A DNA stretch of 63,205 nt, the filler included, from Dimargaris cristalligena (Eukaryota): assembly GCA_003614675.1 (NCBI GenBank). It is 6 parts of 6 records of this genome, joined end to end, with 100 filler letters (N's around TTAATTAATTAA, not from the genome) between each part and the next. Parts side by side here need not be neighbours in the genome. Positions count along the whole stretch, not along the records: positions 10,573 to 21,042 come from ML003178.1; positions 21,143 to 31,590 come from ML003179.1; 4 more parts are not named here. The stretch is one strand, 5' to 3'. This document shows, one piece after another, positions 10,771 through 24,502 of the stretch. Both the position numbers and the translations under genes were made by a program. Every line of letters begins with the position of its first letter. Within the stretch, counting starts at the first letter, position 1. The notes below the pieces were generated by a model. It made no database searches. It had not been told where the DNA came from and saw nothing but the letters and a program-made list of their open reading frames with translations.

Positions 10771-11387
10771 CTGCCTACACTGTGGCATACACAAAAGCTA
10801 ACAAAAAATATTATTCATTCCTTTATACTCATGGTTTGCATTAAAAAGCCCACCGTTTTTTCCTTGCTTCTAAAAGTCTGACCTATTTTTCAGTAGATTC
10901 CCAGTTATTCCATCTTGTTCCATTTTTTGACCTTTCTCTACATCCTTTTTCTTACACCTAGCAGCCCCTAAGGCTCTTAGGATGGCTACATAAGTAACCA
11001 GTGAATTCCTGCTTGTTTGAAAAATCAATCATCATTCATTTTATTTCAAACTCAAATTCCACAATTCCTTAAACTCAGTCCTGATTTTTTTATTGATTAT
11101 TTCTTATTATTTAAAACCACCGTTTCTTATATTTATTTTCAATAAAACTCTTGTGTCACTCATTATATCCTCCTCCCATCCTCCATCCAATCCACTGACC
11201 ACCCACCCCCTCCAAAACCCCACCATATCAACGTCCAATTCTGCCCTAGTCTCATCCCACTCTGTGAACCTCCCATCTTCTGCCACCAGGGAGCTGGCCA
11301 CCACAACTTCAGGCTGTGTTGATAAGGAGGCCACTGCCTCCTTGCGAATCCTGAAGGCTGCTAATAATAGGCTGGATGTCCCAGGTA

Positions 11388-12468
11388 GTACATATGCTGC
11401 CCCGGATTTTAGTATGGCTAAGAAGGCTACTAAGAAAGCAATGGACTTTGGAATCAGCAAACCAATACGCACTTCAGGTCAGGCCCCATAGTTTTTTACT
11501 AGTTCCAGGGCTACCTCCAAACTTCAGTGGTCAAGTTGGTGGTAGGACCACTCGTCCAAACCCTGAGCCAGGGCAATCCGGTCGGGACAGAGCTGGGCGC
11601 AGTCAGTGAAGAGTTGGTGAATGGGCTGGTCGATTCAGTCGACGGGTTCCTACATGCGAGAGAACTTCATAAGCCGGTTGGTTTCCCCGGGACTAACCCA
11701 GGGAATATCTCATACCAGCATAGGTGGGGGACCATCGGAGTTGGAGTTGGGGTGGGAAGGTTCAGGTGGGCCTGGGGCTAGAGACTTATAAATCATCGCC
11801 CATTGGCTGGCCAACTCCTGGATTGCTGATGTCTGGTACATGGCTTGGTTAAATATGATACCCACTGCGATGGAGTCGTCCCACAGTTGAACATGCACCA
11901 GTAAGTGTGCCCCGCACCAGACCAGCAAGTCCGCCAAATCTGGGCAGGTATCACCTCTGAACCCGTGGTGGGATCCATAGCCGGGGGCCACCGGGATAGG
12001 ATGGGCGCAGGTAGTGTCCGCAGAACTACAGCATAAGAGAACCTCGGGGAACATGCCATCGCCTGCGTTGGGATCGAAACTGCAGGCGGGGGTATCCGGT
12101 CCAAGCTTAGTAGCCCAGGTATCCGGATCAACACGATACAAGCACAGAGTCAGGGCAGGGTCATCAGGAACAACTGAGTGGTCGACTTGATTAAAGGCCG
12201 AAGCCTTCAGGAGCCCGTAGGCTATATTTGATTGTTTGTAATAGCGGCTCAATAGCACGGCCAGAGAAATATGCGCAACAGACTGAACATTGGCAAATAA
12301 AACCTGATCGGTGGAATCGATAGGGATTCGGTGTACAGCGGTTTCAAATCCAGGCCGGATCGATCACTGGGGCTTGGCCAATACCAACCCGGCACTTGGT
12401 ACAAACTCGGCAGGCACGGTTAAACGGCAGCCGGGAAGATCAGAGGGGCTGGAAAGGGAGAGTGGCAT
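11388..12468 (-). pseudogene. NRPS-like pseudogene (partial C-like region plus start of an A domain), truncated
   Basis: One frame from ATG 12468 reads ...LAVLLSRYYKQSNIAYG...IHQLFTDCAQLCPDRIAL...WSYHQLD...RIGLLIPKSIAFLVAFLAILKSGAAYV (A1/A2 motifs). It contains six in-frame stops and no frameshift, and similarity ends just after GAAYV. Confidence 0.85.
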
Positions 12469-15400
12469 GGTGAAGCTACGAATAGGGAGGAAGGAAAAGT
12501 ATTTTGAAAGTTTTAGACTAGGTAGTGGAATGGCCAAGTAAAAGGGATCTAGACGAAATCAAAATGTTATGATTACGAAAAAGTGCGTATCGAATAAGGC
12601 ATCACTTTTGGAATTGGGGGTAATGAAACGGATGTCCGGAAATATGTTAATTTAAATACGTTGCGCGAATTTCGGTGAGGCCATTCAATATGGGTGAAAA
12701 GCACGAGGTAGTGGTCGTAGATAAGCGTCTTGACCCCCAAACCAGAACATCGTATAGTGCCGAGTGATAGTCGGCAAGAGTATGTTAAACGTACTTTAAT
12801 TATGACTTTAACTATCACTTGTAACTTCAGCTTCAGTCATTCGTGAATCGAGGTGGAGGATGGCGGCACCCTTCTCTATTTTTAGACCTAGCGCCCTTTG
12901 CCGGTCATCTATAATACCTATGGTCAGTCTTATCCCCAGCCGGACGCATTAGGCTTTCACAGAGCATTGTCCACCTTTTCGGTGGCCCATTACACTGGGA
13001 TATAGTTAAAAAAAATGGCTTACTCCAAAGGTATCCACGACCCAATCTTTACTGTCGAACAGCGACCGCGTCCAACGGGAATTGCCATATGTTTAACTGA
13101 ATCCTTTTCTGCGATACCTCTTTCTGGGTCCAATGTATTGTTGGTATCCCGCCTACCAATATGGATCGGGTGCGATTGAATGTTTTGGCATGGGGTGTAT
13201 CAGCACAGTAGATAACAACATGTAGTAGTGATAAAATTGAATAAGGGATCGTATTCAATATGACACCAGGTCTTCTAACATTAACGAAGCCGACGGTCTG
13301 TGGTTGATAATAATTGATTGGAGACAGCTGCTGAGCGTCCAAGCCACATTAGTCGAGACAATTGGTCACACCTGAGGGTACGTCGAGGGACTCACATTCT
13401 CCGCTATCTACATCCTAGACATGGGCTGTAATGAAGGGGCCAGGATCCGGAGATGCTAAAAATATATCGATGAGGCGACCGCCACGAACGTACAATGGCT
13501 GAAGTTTCGATCCAATAATAGTGCCTTCGTAGAAATGGCTTTGGGCTTGGGAATCCTTGGGGATTGAGCTTGGCAGATTAGGGAAGGCTGGGGGCAATCC
13601 GAGACTCGAATAACGGCCAAATAGTGCAATGACCGCATGGAACACGCCTCTGCGATATAATGTAGGCCCGGTGGGTCTCGCCCCAAATTTCCGCTGGCTT
13701 TAATAAGGGACGCTCTACTAATAACTTGGTTCGACCTGCTGTCTCTAACACTTTGGACCACGACCCTACCGATCCGTTGCCGAAAAAGACCATAATATAA
13801 GACTAAACCAGATCCAGAGGGATCGATCAACCCTTTACCGGCAGTATGAACAGTAGCATGTCCAGCAAAATACGCACTTTTACCGTGAGGTGGCGAATTT
13901 CCCCCTTTGAATGCCATAGGATCAATTAAGAGTGATAATGATCCCTATACACTCATCAACACTAAAACCCCGGATCTTTAGGGGCTATACCGGAACGACT
14001 TAGTGTCTAGTTTACGCGAATACCCGTTTTTCCATTGAACACCTATTATCATAGTTTAGAAGCGGCGAATCATTAATAGGCTAGATGCGGCTGATCCCGG
14101 CCTATAATGTAGAAAGAGCCACCTTCTGAGTGTTTAGCGAATCGAAGAAGTTACATTATAAACTGTTCATCATTCGTGAATGGCGGTAGGTCTAAAACTC
14201 AAGGGATTCCCGTAATTTTCTACACCAGAGTGGTGGGGTAAAAGGGGATGCGTAATGGGATCATTAGTAACCGTTAGTACTCAACCCCCAGGTTCGAGAA
14301 AACCACATCACCCGGGACATTTATCCCTCGGGCTGAATCAGTCGGCTTATTCCCCGGCGGGTTAAAGTAACTGGGCAAGAAAAAATGCCTGATCCAACCC
14401 AATGTGACATAGTGAACACCTTTTTTAATATTATTTTCGGGCATATGCGCAACAGTGTAAGATCAAGGGGTTAGACTGTGCGGTCCGCGATGGAATCATA
14501 ATAGTCACGAATGCACTTATAGTATTACTACACCGTTTATTCCCATCACTAAATCCTAACTAAAGAAATCCCACCCCGCCCTCCTCTTACTCCACCAGGA
14601 TTATCCGTGCTCGTATCGCCATAAAAACCATCCACCACTAACACAGTATGATTAGTCGCGATCGCTCCCATTGGAAGCCAAAAGACCTCCGGATTCCCCA
14701 CTTCTCACTCGCGCTCCCTCTTTTCCCCGTCACCTCATCACCCTTATTCCCAGGGCACCTCTACCTGAGAACCAACCACCCCTATACCCCACTTTTAATA
14801 AAAATTGGACCAATCACATTGGGTTTCAATCTGGGCGCGTGACCCATTTACTGTGACTTTGACTCCGCGCCCCCTTAATTTTCAAAAAAATCACTTACGA
14901 GAAGGCATATGGGGAGAATGTATCAGTGAAACCAAAAATTCATTTAATCGATTCACATGGACAGTCTCCCTCTCCCCTACACACACCCCAACTTTTAGCG
15001 CACCATAAGGAGGGACCTTCCACTTCCATGATCTAGTATGCCATATTTTGCGATCTGGTCTAAGTTTACCTCCTGGCTTATTGTATTGTAGGGCCGGCTT
15101 TCGGCCACCTACGCCACCAAGGGGCATATTGGCCTAATTCAATGAAGATTAGGCGCACCTGCACCCGCTCCTTGTCCTTCCCCGCTCCCCATCTACTCAA
15201 TCGTTGACAGCAGCACACACACCATTCTTTAAATGGCGCCTATCATCCATGGCGTGGAATCGTGGACGTTTCCGAGTGGGTCGGGGTGGGCCCCACCAAC
15301 CACCACTAACCTTCACCGACATGTCCTCGTGGTGGTGGTGGTAAGCGGGGCACTCCGCAGAATCCAGGAGTTCTATGATTGGAAGGCGGGTGGCATGACC

Positions 15401-18400
15401 ACCTATGGTGACAGGGCGGCGCAGGATTGGATCAGTCGGCCTAAGCTAATCCTCGAGTGAAAGAGATATATATATATATCACTATAGCCAAGGAAGAAGG
15501 CCTTATCATCTTATACACTGTCAAAATCCTCGTAGCGGTGACTGACTGATTTAGCTGCTGGGCTTTGATCTGTTATGTCGCCATTGACAGCCTCGATGTG
15601 ATACATACCTTCAGGGAATCGTTTCTTCACATGCACACACGGGTACTTTCCCTCCTCCCCTTCAGAATGGAGTTTGAACGGCACCATTCCTTTTTGGTCG
15701 ATAGGTCGACTAACCATCAATGACGGACAATGTCCGACCGCTGAATTTAAAGTGCTTTCCGGATTAGCAACGTCATTTCGATGCACCAGTTCGTTATAGT
15801 GTAATCTACCTTATACCCCCAGGGTTCCCTTCTTTCATTGGTATTCGTTAGAGTTTGAGTTTAAAGCAGGTCTTTAAATCAAGCACCCTCCTATGCCCGA
15901 AATCGATGGCGGAATAACGTCATATTCTCGGCCATTCTTTGTCAGCACTATTAGTGAGGAGTGTCTGGCGGATCACATCGATCATGTTCGCCCGCGACTA
16001 GTTCAAACAATCGTTTCCTTGATACGGCACCGTCACTTGGTAATAGACAGAGTAGGCCTACACCGGATCAAAGTAGCTAGGGCCTAACTTGATCTTTAGC
16101 CCTAGTGTAAGGGCTTCATGGTGTAGAGGGTGTTTCGCCAGGCCCTCAAGGAAAGTAGATAAAGAGCGAGACTTGCACAATTCATAAAAGTGGAAGAAGT
16201 CCCCCCATACCTTTCCCATTATACAATACAGGGATTCTACTGATCTACTTTATGGTTCCAGTATATTAGACATAAGGATCGACTGGAGTTTTTTTTTCTG
16301 TTCCAGGCGTTCCCTTGTTACATAATGAAAAGTATATGGAATACGCCGCCCTCGCCCCTTCACTTCCCATTATGCAATTCCATCAGAGCGTGCTAGATAG
16401 TTTTGGCCCACTCCGAATTTTAGAATCAGAACATTCTTTAATTTAAGTCGGCGAATCTACTCACATTGGGGAGGTGTGGCATTTAATCAGATATTACAAT
16501 CGGCTTACGTCCACCACTCATTAAAATGGCCTGGCGGGATATTTCGACAATTGCCGCCCAGCCTTTTACAGAATGCAAGGTTCGGTCACTAATAAATTAA
16601 CCAGCTATAATACCAAACTTGCCACCACCCAGCAGCCAGCCCCACTTGTCACACTCATACACACGCACACACACACACTCAATCACGCCGGATAACCCTT
16701 ACCCCAGTTTGTGCGGCCCAGTGACCTGGACAATCGACGGCCATCAGGGTCACTACAATATATATATAATACAAAAACAAAGGGTTAGATACGATTATCG
16801 AACCTGCGCACCCCTGGAATATATAGTGGATCAATTAATGAGAGTGTGGTTTATTCTGGTATAATTCCCCAGTCGTTTACCCCAACCCAGCTCGATACCC
16901 TTGAATGTTCGATGCTCGGTTATGAATGTTTAAGTTTAATTGTCGGGATTTTATCCCCTCACTTACCATTTCCCCACTCCTTCCCTCCCACCTACCTTTC
17001 TCTTATTTACACACCCTCACCACTATTATTACTACCTTATTCTTCCATACCCTTTCTCCACCACATTACTACAGTGTAAAAAACCACGTCATGACACAGT
17101 AGGGGACCACGCTCACTCGACCCTGGCCATGATCCAGGCACCCCCACACACTAGAGTTTGGTTCGGTTGTTCAATGACCCAGTTCCATTACAGATAGGAT
17201 ACACACTTCTTAATGATAGAAGACTAACGGACAAGTATACATTGACAACTAGGGATCAACTACCCCACTGGCATTAAAGTGTACCATTCACCAACATCAC
17301 CGCCACCACCTCCACTTACTCCCCCCAGCGCCAAGATGTTTTGAAACCCCCCCCGACCTTTAGTGTCTGTAAACACCGGTGAAGTTACCGCTACTGTTAT
17401 TGCTACTGCTGACATGACCATTACTGATCATGGCGCTGCCAAGGGTAATGAGGAACGGCCAGTGGTTCCATACTCCCATCCCTCCACCCTTCCACATCCC
17501 TGATACATATCCCTTGACAACCCCATATATACGATTACCAATGTATCACAATAGTGCATTGGGGCCAATTCCCACCCTTCCCCAACATCCTTAGTTTCTC
17601 GAAATGACCAATGTTACACCAAAGGGTCATCGAGTCCACCGGTTCGATGAGCCATGTATAAGGCTAATTTCATATAGCCAAGCCAAGCAAAGTAATGAAT
17701 AAAATAATAAAAATAAAATGGATCGTGTGATTTGCTTGGGTGGGGGGAGGGAGATGTAAGCGGGGAACTCTAGTTGGTGGAGGAGCGGTGAATGGAAGAG
17801 GGAAATGGAAGGGGAACAGCACCATAGGGTATAGTGCTCACCCTTTGCACTGACTACAAACTAGGGGGTGGTGGTGGGTCCAGGGATGATTTCCTAGAGA
17901 GACCAATGCTATTGGACTAAGGATGGGGTGTGGGCGGGGGAGGGGAGGGGATAGTGTCTACGGCGATGCTGATGATTGAATTAACTTGAAAATCACGGTC
18001 GTCCACACTTTGATCTTTAAGGCGAGAATCCTTTTCATATTTAAGGCTAGTGAGTGGGTTAATCTTCATGAAGGGCGTCCCGACAATAAACTGAAAGGAT
18101 GATGAATGCTTTGTTAAAAGAGATAAACGCATGGAAATGTAATCAAGCGATTCGATACGGCGGGTAGAGTGGTGACGAGGAGACGGGAGGGGAGGAGACA
18201 AGGGGAGAGGAAAAAGAGGAGGAGACATGGGCTAAAATTAGATACTGCGGTTATTTCTGGTTCACGGTTGATGCGATGACCCTGGATTAACTTTAAAGGA
18301 CGGGCGATTCAAACTAGCCAAGACGTGGCTGTAAGACCTTTACCAGAATCGAAGAATGGACGGTGGCTCTTTACGAGATCATGATCTCGGGGAATGACGC

Positions 18401-21042
18401 TTTTGTGTAGGTATAATTCGGTAGTTCCGGATACTGGCATTTGGCAGAACTTTCCCGGACTTTCAACTTCAACTTCACGATCGATTGATCTCTTTCCATA
18501 GTTGCGCCTGGCTATTCGCAACAATAGGTTTTCTGGGTTGAGAATGTCTCCTCAGATACCTACATATACACCACCCAAGAGGGGCTGTTGGCCTAGTTGT
18601 GGAAGCGCACATGGAGGGGAATGCCTTGTGACTGGGGCTTGTGAACTATTTTCCCCATGCGCTTTTACTGACCCATTCCTTTGATGGGGGTTGGGTTGGG
18701 TTGTAAATAGGTACCCCCGATCTACTGGTCCCCATTTCCGCTTCCTTGCGACCTACATCCGACCCCCGCCGACTGGGTTGCGGGATAGGGGTTGGTCAAA
18801 ATTATAAGTATTTCTATTAGAATCATCACTGTGATTCAGGGGTACTTTACCCTGCCTTTCGTGGTTGCCTCCTCCCCACCTACCTACCTACCTACCATCG
18901 CCTCGAACACCCAAAAACAACACGATATGCCAACAGACTATCTTCAAGGGAAACAATACTATAATAATGTCAAGAACCTGGGTCAATGGGCGGGTTGAGG
19001 GAGGCGGGAAGGTGAGAAAAAGGAACATGGAAAAATCCTAAGGAGAACCGGAGATTGAAGGAGTAAACGAATAATGAACCAGGGCAGTGTTGGCCCCAGC
19101 TGTCCGGTAATGCAATGCAACCCTGCCTACCCGACATTGCCTCCCCCCCTGGGTTTGATTATAATTTGTAGTATAGTCTCTCTCTCTCTCTCTCTCCGCC
19201 AGTCGTGTTCATTTTAGGTATCTCCATCCCCCTGGAACAGATGATGACTGACCGAAATTAAACCAATAGTAATAAAAAATTGGGTTTGCTGAGGACTATA
19301 AGGAAGGCGCGGGAATAATAGATAAAAACGTCCCGAACGATTTCGCCCCTATGGTGTCCAACGGGCCCATTCACACTATCCCCTCCCACCCTTGGCATGG
19401 TATGGCACCGGCCTCCTTAACTATGGATCCGCTATATTTGGTTACCGCAATCTTGATTCGAATTTACCGTTCCATGGGTAATTGGGACCGGCCAAGTCCT
19501 CACCGAGTTTTTATCCACCCGGTTCGGTTCCCAGTTTACGGGACTTGTCGATTTAGCGCGCCGCGGATAGTAGTAGCGAGCGACATTCACTCCACGGGGC
19601 TGTAGCCGTTGCATAGTAAGTCGGCAGCCACCATGTCTGCCATTGGTCTTGGCCCGGCAAGCAGCAAAAATAATCAGTGGAACGGAGGTGGGCGATCAGC
19701 TGGAAGTGATGGTGAAAGGAGGAATGGGGTTAGATTGAAGCTTCCGTGGCCGGCTCCCCCCTCCCATTTTTCTCTCTCCATATATTAAAAGTGTGGTCAA
19801 ATTTGTAATTCCAAGGCTATTTTGATCCGTCGGTTTTTTTAAAGTACGGGAGAACTAACTTCAGTTCGACTGGCGAACGCCGAATGGTAGATTGTCGGTT
19901 TGGAACCCCTTCGCCATGCCGCGCTAATACTACAATATGCCCTGATGATGTCGCCTGATATTGACCCCTTACTAATGTGACCAGCTGGTGGTGGTGCAAT
20001 GCATCTTTTTTCTAATAACCTGATATCCACCGCTTACCCTCAACCTTGCGATCCCACTAAACTGTGCGTCGGTGTTGCGATACGAGAGAGGGGGAGAGAG
20101 AGAGTGCGTATGTTTATGTGTGCGGATGGGTGTGTATGGGTGAAGGTACCCCCATACGTACGTATTGCGACGTATCCATCTCACTGATGTCATCTTGATA
20201 TCCTCAGCCCGTTGCACTGCTAATGGGCCATTTCATTTTAAACTGCCAGTCACTCCCATACATTGCCACGATGTTGGTTGTACCCCCTTTCTTCTGCCCG
20301 CAACCCTAAGCTCACTGTCTCTGCCGTCGCCGCAGTGGAAGTTAGCTACAATACCCCCCCACCCCAATACCCCCCGACACTGGCCCCGGCGCCGCCTCGT
20401 TCAGCCAACACTGTTACCGGTACGTTGTTGCTCATAATAGGGGGGGGGTAAGTAATGATCCCAATGAATAGAATAGAAAGGTGTGTGCACGCGAGTGTGT
20501 GGGTATAAATCTATAGGTGTATTTGTATATTTCTTATTTTTCACCCACTTGACTTCAGCCAGGCTGGTCACCTGGGGTTCCGCCCCCCCCCCCTCCCTCA
20601 TCTCGCTAGCCGGGGATATCAATGGTGCCGGGATGAGCCGATTAAAGGGTGGCGAAGGAGGAAATAATGAAGCGGGAATTAGACCGCCTCGCTAGAAGGT
20701 AATGGGGTAGACGACGGACAAGTTGGGTGGCGGGGTGAATGAAGCAACGTTCACGCGCCGTCTGCTTCTCCCCCGCCCGCCGCCTTCATCGGCCGGTGGT
20801 CAATAAGAGCGATTTTCTAAATACATTGATCCCACTGGTTTAACAGTTGAAATTATTAATCAAACAACTGGGTGCGACCGCCATGTATAGGTGGAGAACA
20901 GGAAGGGTAGCGGTGCTATTAACGACAGACATGTGTTTGTTCACTTCCTAAAGCGATCATGGTGATGGGGGGGGGGGGGGGTTTGTCACCCCTTGGTTAC
21001 GAAACAAACCCCCCACTAGGGAAAATGGTGAAGGGGGCGACT

Positions 21043-21142
21043 NNNNNNNNNNNNNNNNNNNNNNNNNNNNNNNNNNNNNNNNNNNNTTAATTAATTAANN
21101 NNNNNNNNNNNNNNNNNNNNNNNNNNNNNNNNNNNNNNNNNN
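21043..21142. other. Artificial contig spacer
   Basis: N run with TTAATTAATTAA. Confidence 0.98.
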
Positions 21143-21265
21143 AGTATAAATACTCCCCCTTGCTGCCACCTCTTGGAACAGCAAGTCTATCATTACCTTT
21201 CCCTTTTATCACCTATCTTTTCAAATAAAGTTCAGTTTTCAAGGATTTAAGTTCAGTTCTTTACA
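21143..21265 (+). mobile_element. 3' part of an LTR (family C)
   Basis: TATAAATA, AATAAA and a ...TTTACA end. A reverse-complement copy lies at 52551-52669. Confidence 0.75.
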
Positions 21266-24200
21266 CCATCCACCCATCCCTCTCTATACACTAATGCATT
21301 ACTATTCATTCACTTTAGTATGCTTAGATAGCTAGCATTGGCCCATATATAAAACCAGGTATTAGTCAAATATATATTTACATAACATCCATCTACAAGA
21401 TAATGGGGAAGATGACAATAGTTATAGGCATGCATAGGCCTGGGAGATGGCATTATTAACCATAATTTCTGTGGATCCGGAGTGCAGATGGCATCGAGAT
21501 ATAGAAGGTGGATTTAACAATAACCCAATGAAGAAGCAAATTATAGATAATAGCAAGCTGAAGAACTAGTGAGTAATTACCAGGAAATGTCTAGGGGAAT
21601 TAAGAACCCGGTTAACAATTGGTAGGCATATCTTTACCAATTCCACCTGTTCCATATCTCAGGCCAGTTGACATATGCCCAAAACATCAATTCATTTTGG
21701 ATGACATTTCACATATCTAAACCCAAATGCAACTTAATGCAGACACTTTCCAATACAAATTACAGTTTTTACCTACTTTTATATTTTCTTTTTAATCTCT
21801 AGGAGGGTCTTGTATTTTCCTTCCACTAATATGATAATTATATAATCATATAGTAGTTTGGCTGTAAGTATTGGTGGTAATGTCTAAAGCAAAAAGGATA
21901 TGCAAACTAGGTCTGGGTTTCCCAGTGTGCAAAAGAGGCTAATATTGGTGCTCATGAGAATTAGGCAAGGTACTCAATATAGTAATTAAGTTGGTACAGC
22001 TGACGAGGGATACACCCTATTAGTGTGACTAGTCACACTTGTCTTGTACCAGAGTCCATAAGCCGGGTTTTATAAATACCATAGCTATGGAAGTTGTTAC
22101 AACTAGGTCTGATCAGCAGATAACATAAGAGGGGGGGTGTTAATTAGGGTGTCTGAGCATGTAGTGCTATGACCAGGGATGAGCGTATAAGGTGATTATA
22201 TAAATCAGGGAATATCCCGTTGTAAATAGGGAGAGAGGTACTTATGTACTGCTGCATAGTGCAGGTTTAAGGGAAGCTTATTCCTATCAATTCCTTTATC
22301 GGGTCTACCAAACCCCAGATCATTACTATATATATGTTAGAAAACCATCTCATCCCGAGTGTGGAATACTCTTCCCGATGCGGCACATGCTCACTGGCCT
22401 CCTATTGGTCAGATTTTCTCTAATAAAAACAACCACGGAGAGCTTAATCATCTCCTTGTGGTTCTTTCCTACTCTTATCTATTTTTGACATGCTTTATTA
22501 TCAATCTCGGATTATCATCTACGAGAGAACTTGCGGTTTTTCCAACAATATATCCCTTTTAAAACCGAAACGAGCGCTAACACTGAACTCGCAGCCTAGA
22601 GCTAGCCACTATCTCTGAAACTGTGGGAGAAGACGGTATTTTCTAAGCTATGAGATCATAAGGTGTTGAAGGAGAATGGTCGAGACTGGCGAAATCATCG
22701 TCAACGACCATTCGACGCCTATTACAATTATTCTATCTTAATCTTACAATTCAGGTATAAAAACCCGCATATTTTACTCCCTAGTTCGAGGAACAATCCA
22801 CTGAGAAAACGAACTAGTCATATATTACCGATTATACCGCACTTATTTACAAATAAATATTCTTTTAAAAAAACTTATCCATTAAACCAAAAACTATCAA
22901 TTTTATTACTTTAACAAGGCCGTCGAAGAGCGAATATAAAGTAGCCACGGTCCCTGGGTTCGAAATATATTCATTCCTTTAAAATAAAACGATTTACCAT
23001 TTTTTAAAAAAGTTATTTCAATTAATTAACATAACACCATGTTCCGTTCCAAACGTCCGTTCACTGGGAGCCCGGAGGTGTCTCTTCCGCCATCTCCATC
23101 CCGTCCCTGCTCACCACTTGAACGGTTGTTTCCGGCCTCCTCCTCCTCACAGACCGGTGCCCTTCAACCCGACAGGGTCACGCCGAACCCTCCCGGATCC
23201 CCGGGCCGTGGTACTACACTTATACGCAGACACATGGCACTGGAGGTTTGTCCAATTTTTATAGTGGCGGTGCCCTAAAGTTATCTACTGGTATTTATAG
23301 TATCTTAATGGACCTTCAATGGGTATTTGTTTGGATGAGCAGTGAAGGTGAATGTAATGCTAGTCGGCGCTACCAATAGGGTATTAGGGTCTACGAATGT
23401 GATAAATGGGCGCGGCGCTCTTTTGAGAACGAGTTGGCACTTCTGTGGAGAGACCCCGGCTTACTGACAGGGGGTGCTCAAGGAAGTAGTGAGACTAGTA
23501 ATTGGAGATGCTGGAACTCTAGGACACCGATTGACTTGGGTGCAGAACATAATATGTAACAAATGTCGATGTGTTCGGAAAAACCAGTTAACGTAATGGT
23601 GGTGTTTATTACAGCATGTTATTCTCGTCAAAGGGCTCAGCTCTAAATAGACATCTTATTTCCTTCGCAGGATTCTGGTGTCTTTAGTGGGCGAATTAGA
23701 ATGCTACAAAGATGTCATTACTTTGTGAAAGAGATAAAAATAGCTGCAATTGATACAATACCATATAATAATGCGCTGAAAGTAGATGGATGAAGGAATA
23801 CAGTACTATATCGCAATGTTAATTAGAAAAATATCAAATACCCGAGGCAGACTTTAACGGGATTAGGTATTTGCCGCTACAAATAAATCCTAACATGTTG
23901 GACAACACTATATACGTAAAGAAACCCTTTGAGGGTTGGCTTATGTTGAATAGCTGGTTAGACTGGCATCCCTGGTTAAAGATGTATTTACTACTCATTT
24001 TCCAATGTAAAAACTATTTGAAATATGTTCAACTGCATCGGGTATCCCGGGATAATTTGGGGTGTGCCTTTTAAAGCTGCCGTAGCGCATTTACAGGGAT
24101 CCAACAAAACAATCGCCCATTAGAACTCTCGCCATGCCTATTAAGCCTTGTGACCCACCGTTGATTGATTTTTTTTTACTGAATAATGTCGAGCAATGGC

Positions 24201-24502
24201 TTCCGCCATACGGGTTCCTGCTATCCCTCGCATCATCTGACAAGGTTAGGTATATGCCAATTAGAATGCATGTATATGTGAAGGTCCCGCACATTGTACA
24301 TTTATCAAGTGAATATCCGCCAAGAATGGCCTGGTAAACTGTGCCCGTTTTTAAACAAGGTGTAGAGGCTGAGTGGTGAGGAATCGGCAGTAGGGCAGGG
24401 GGAGGAAAAAGGCGTCCCCCAGCTGATCAAAGTCATCCGTGCGTAGAGTGGAAAGCCACAGAAAGAAGTAATAGTAGATTTTGGGGTAAATCGACGGTAG
24501 TT

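Noticed and set aside
11479-12366. Selenocysteine or alternative-code reading of the in-frame TGA codons
   Set aside because: The positions are not catalytic Cys sites, a TAG is also present, the gene is truncated, and TGA ends normal genes here (SMN, peroxin).
1-12468. NRPS gene cluster made of the large NRPS and the neighbouring NRPS fragment
   Set aside because: They lie on different contigs separated by an artificial spacer.
13049-13917. Minus-strand ORFs of 97-153 aa in contig 2
   Set aside because: No coding-like composition or recognisable domain; consistent with chance ORFs.
16060-16115. U2 snRNA-like GGCTAAAGATCAAGT on the minus strand
   Set aside because: Lacks the following GTAGTA branch-pairing sequence and an Sm site.
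16555-16580. U5 loop-1-like GCCTTTTAC
   Set aside because: No closing stem and no suitably placed Sm site.
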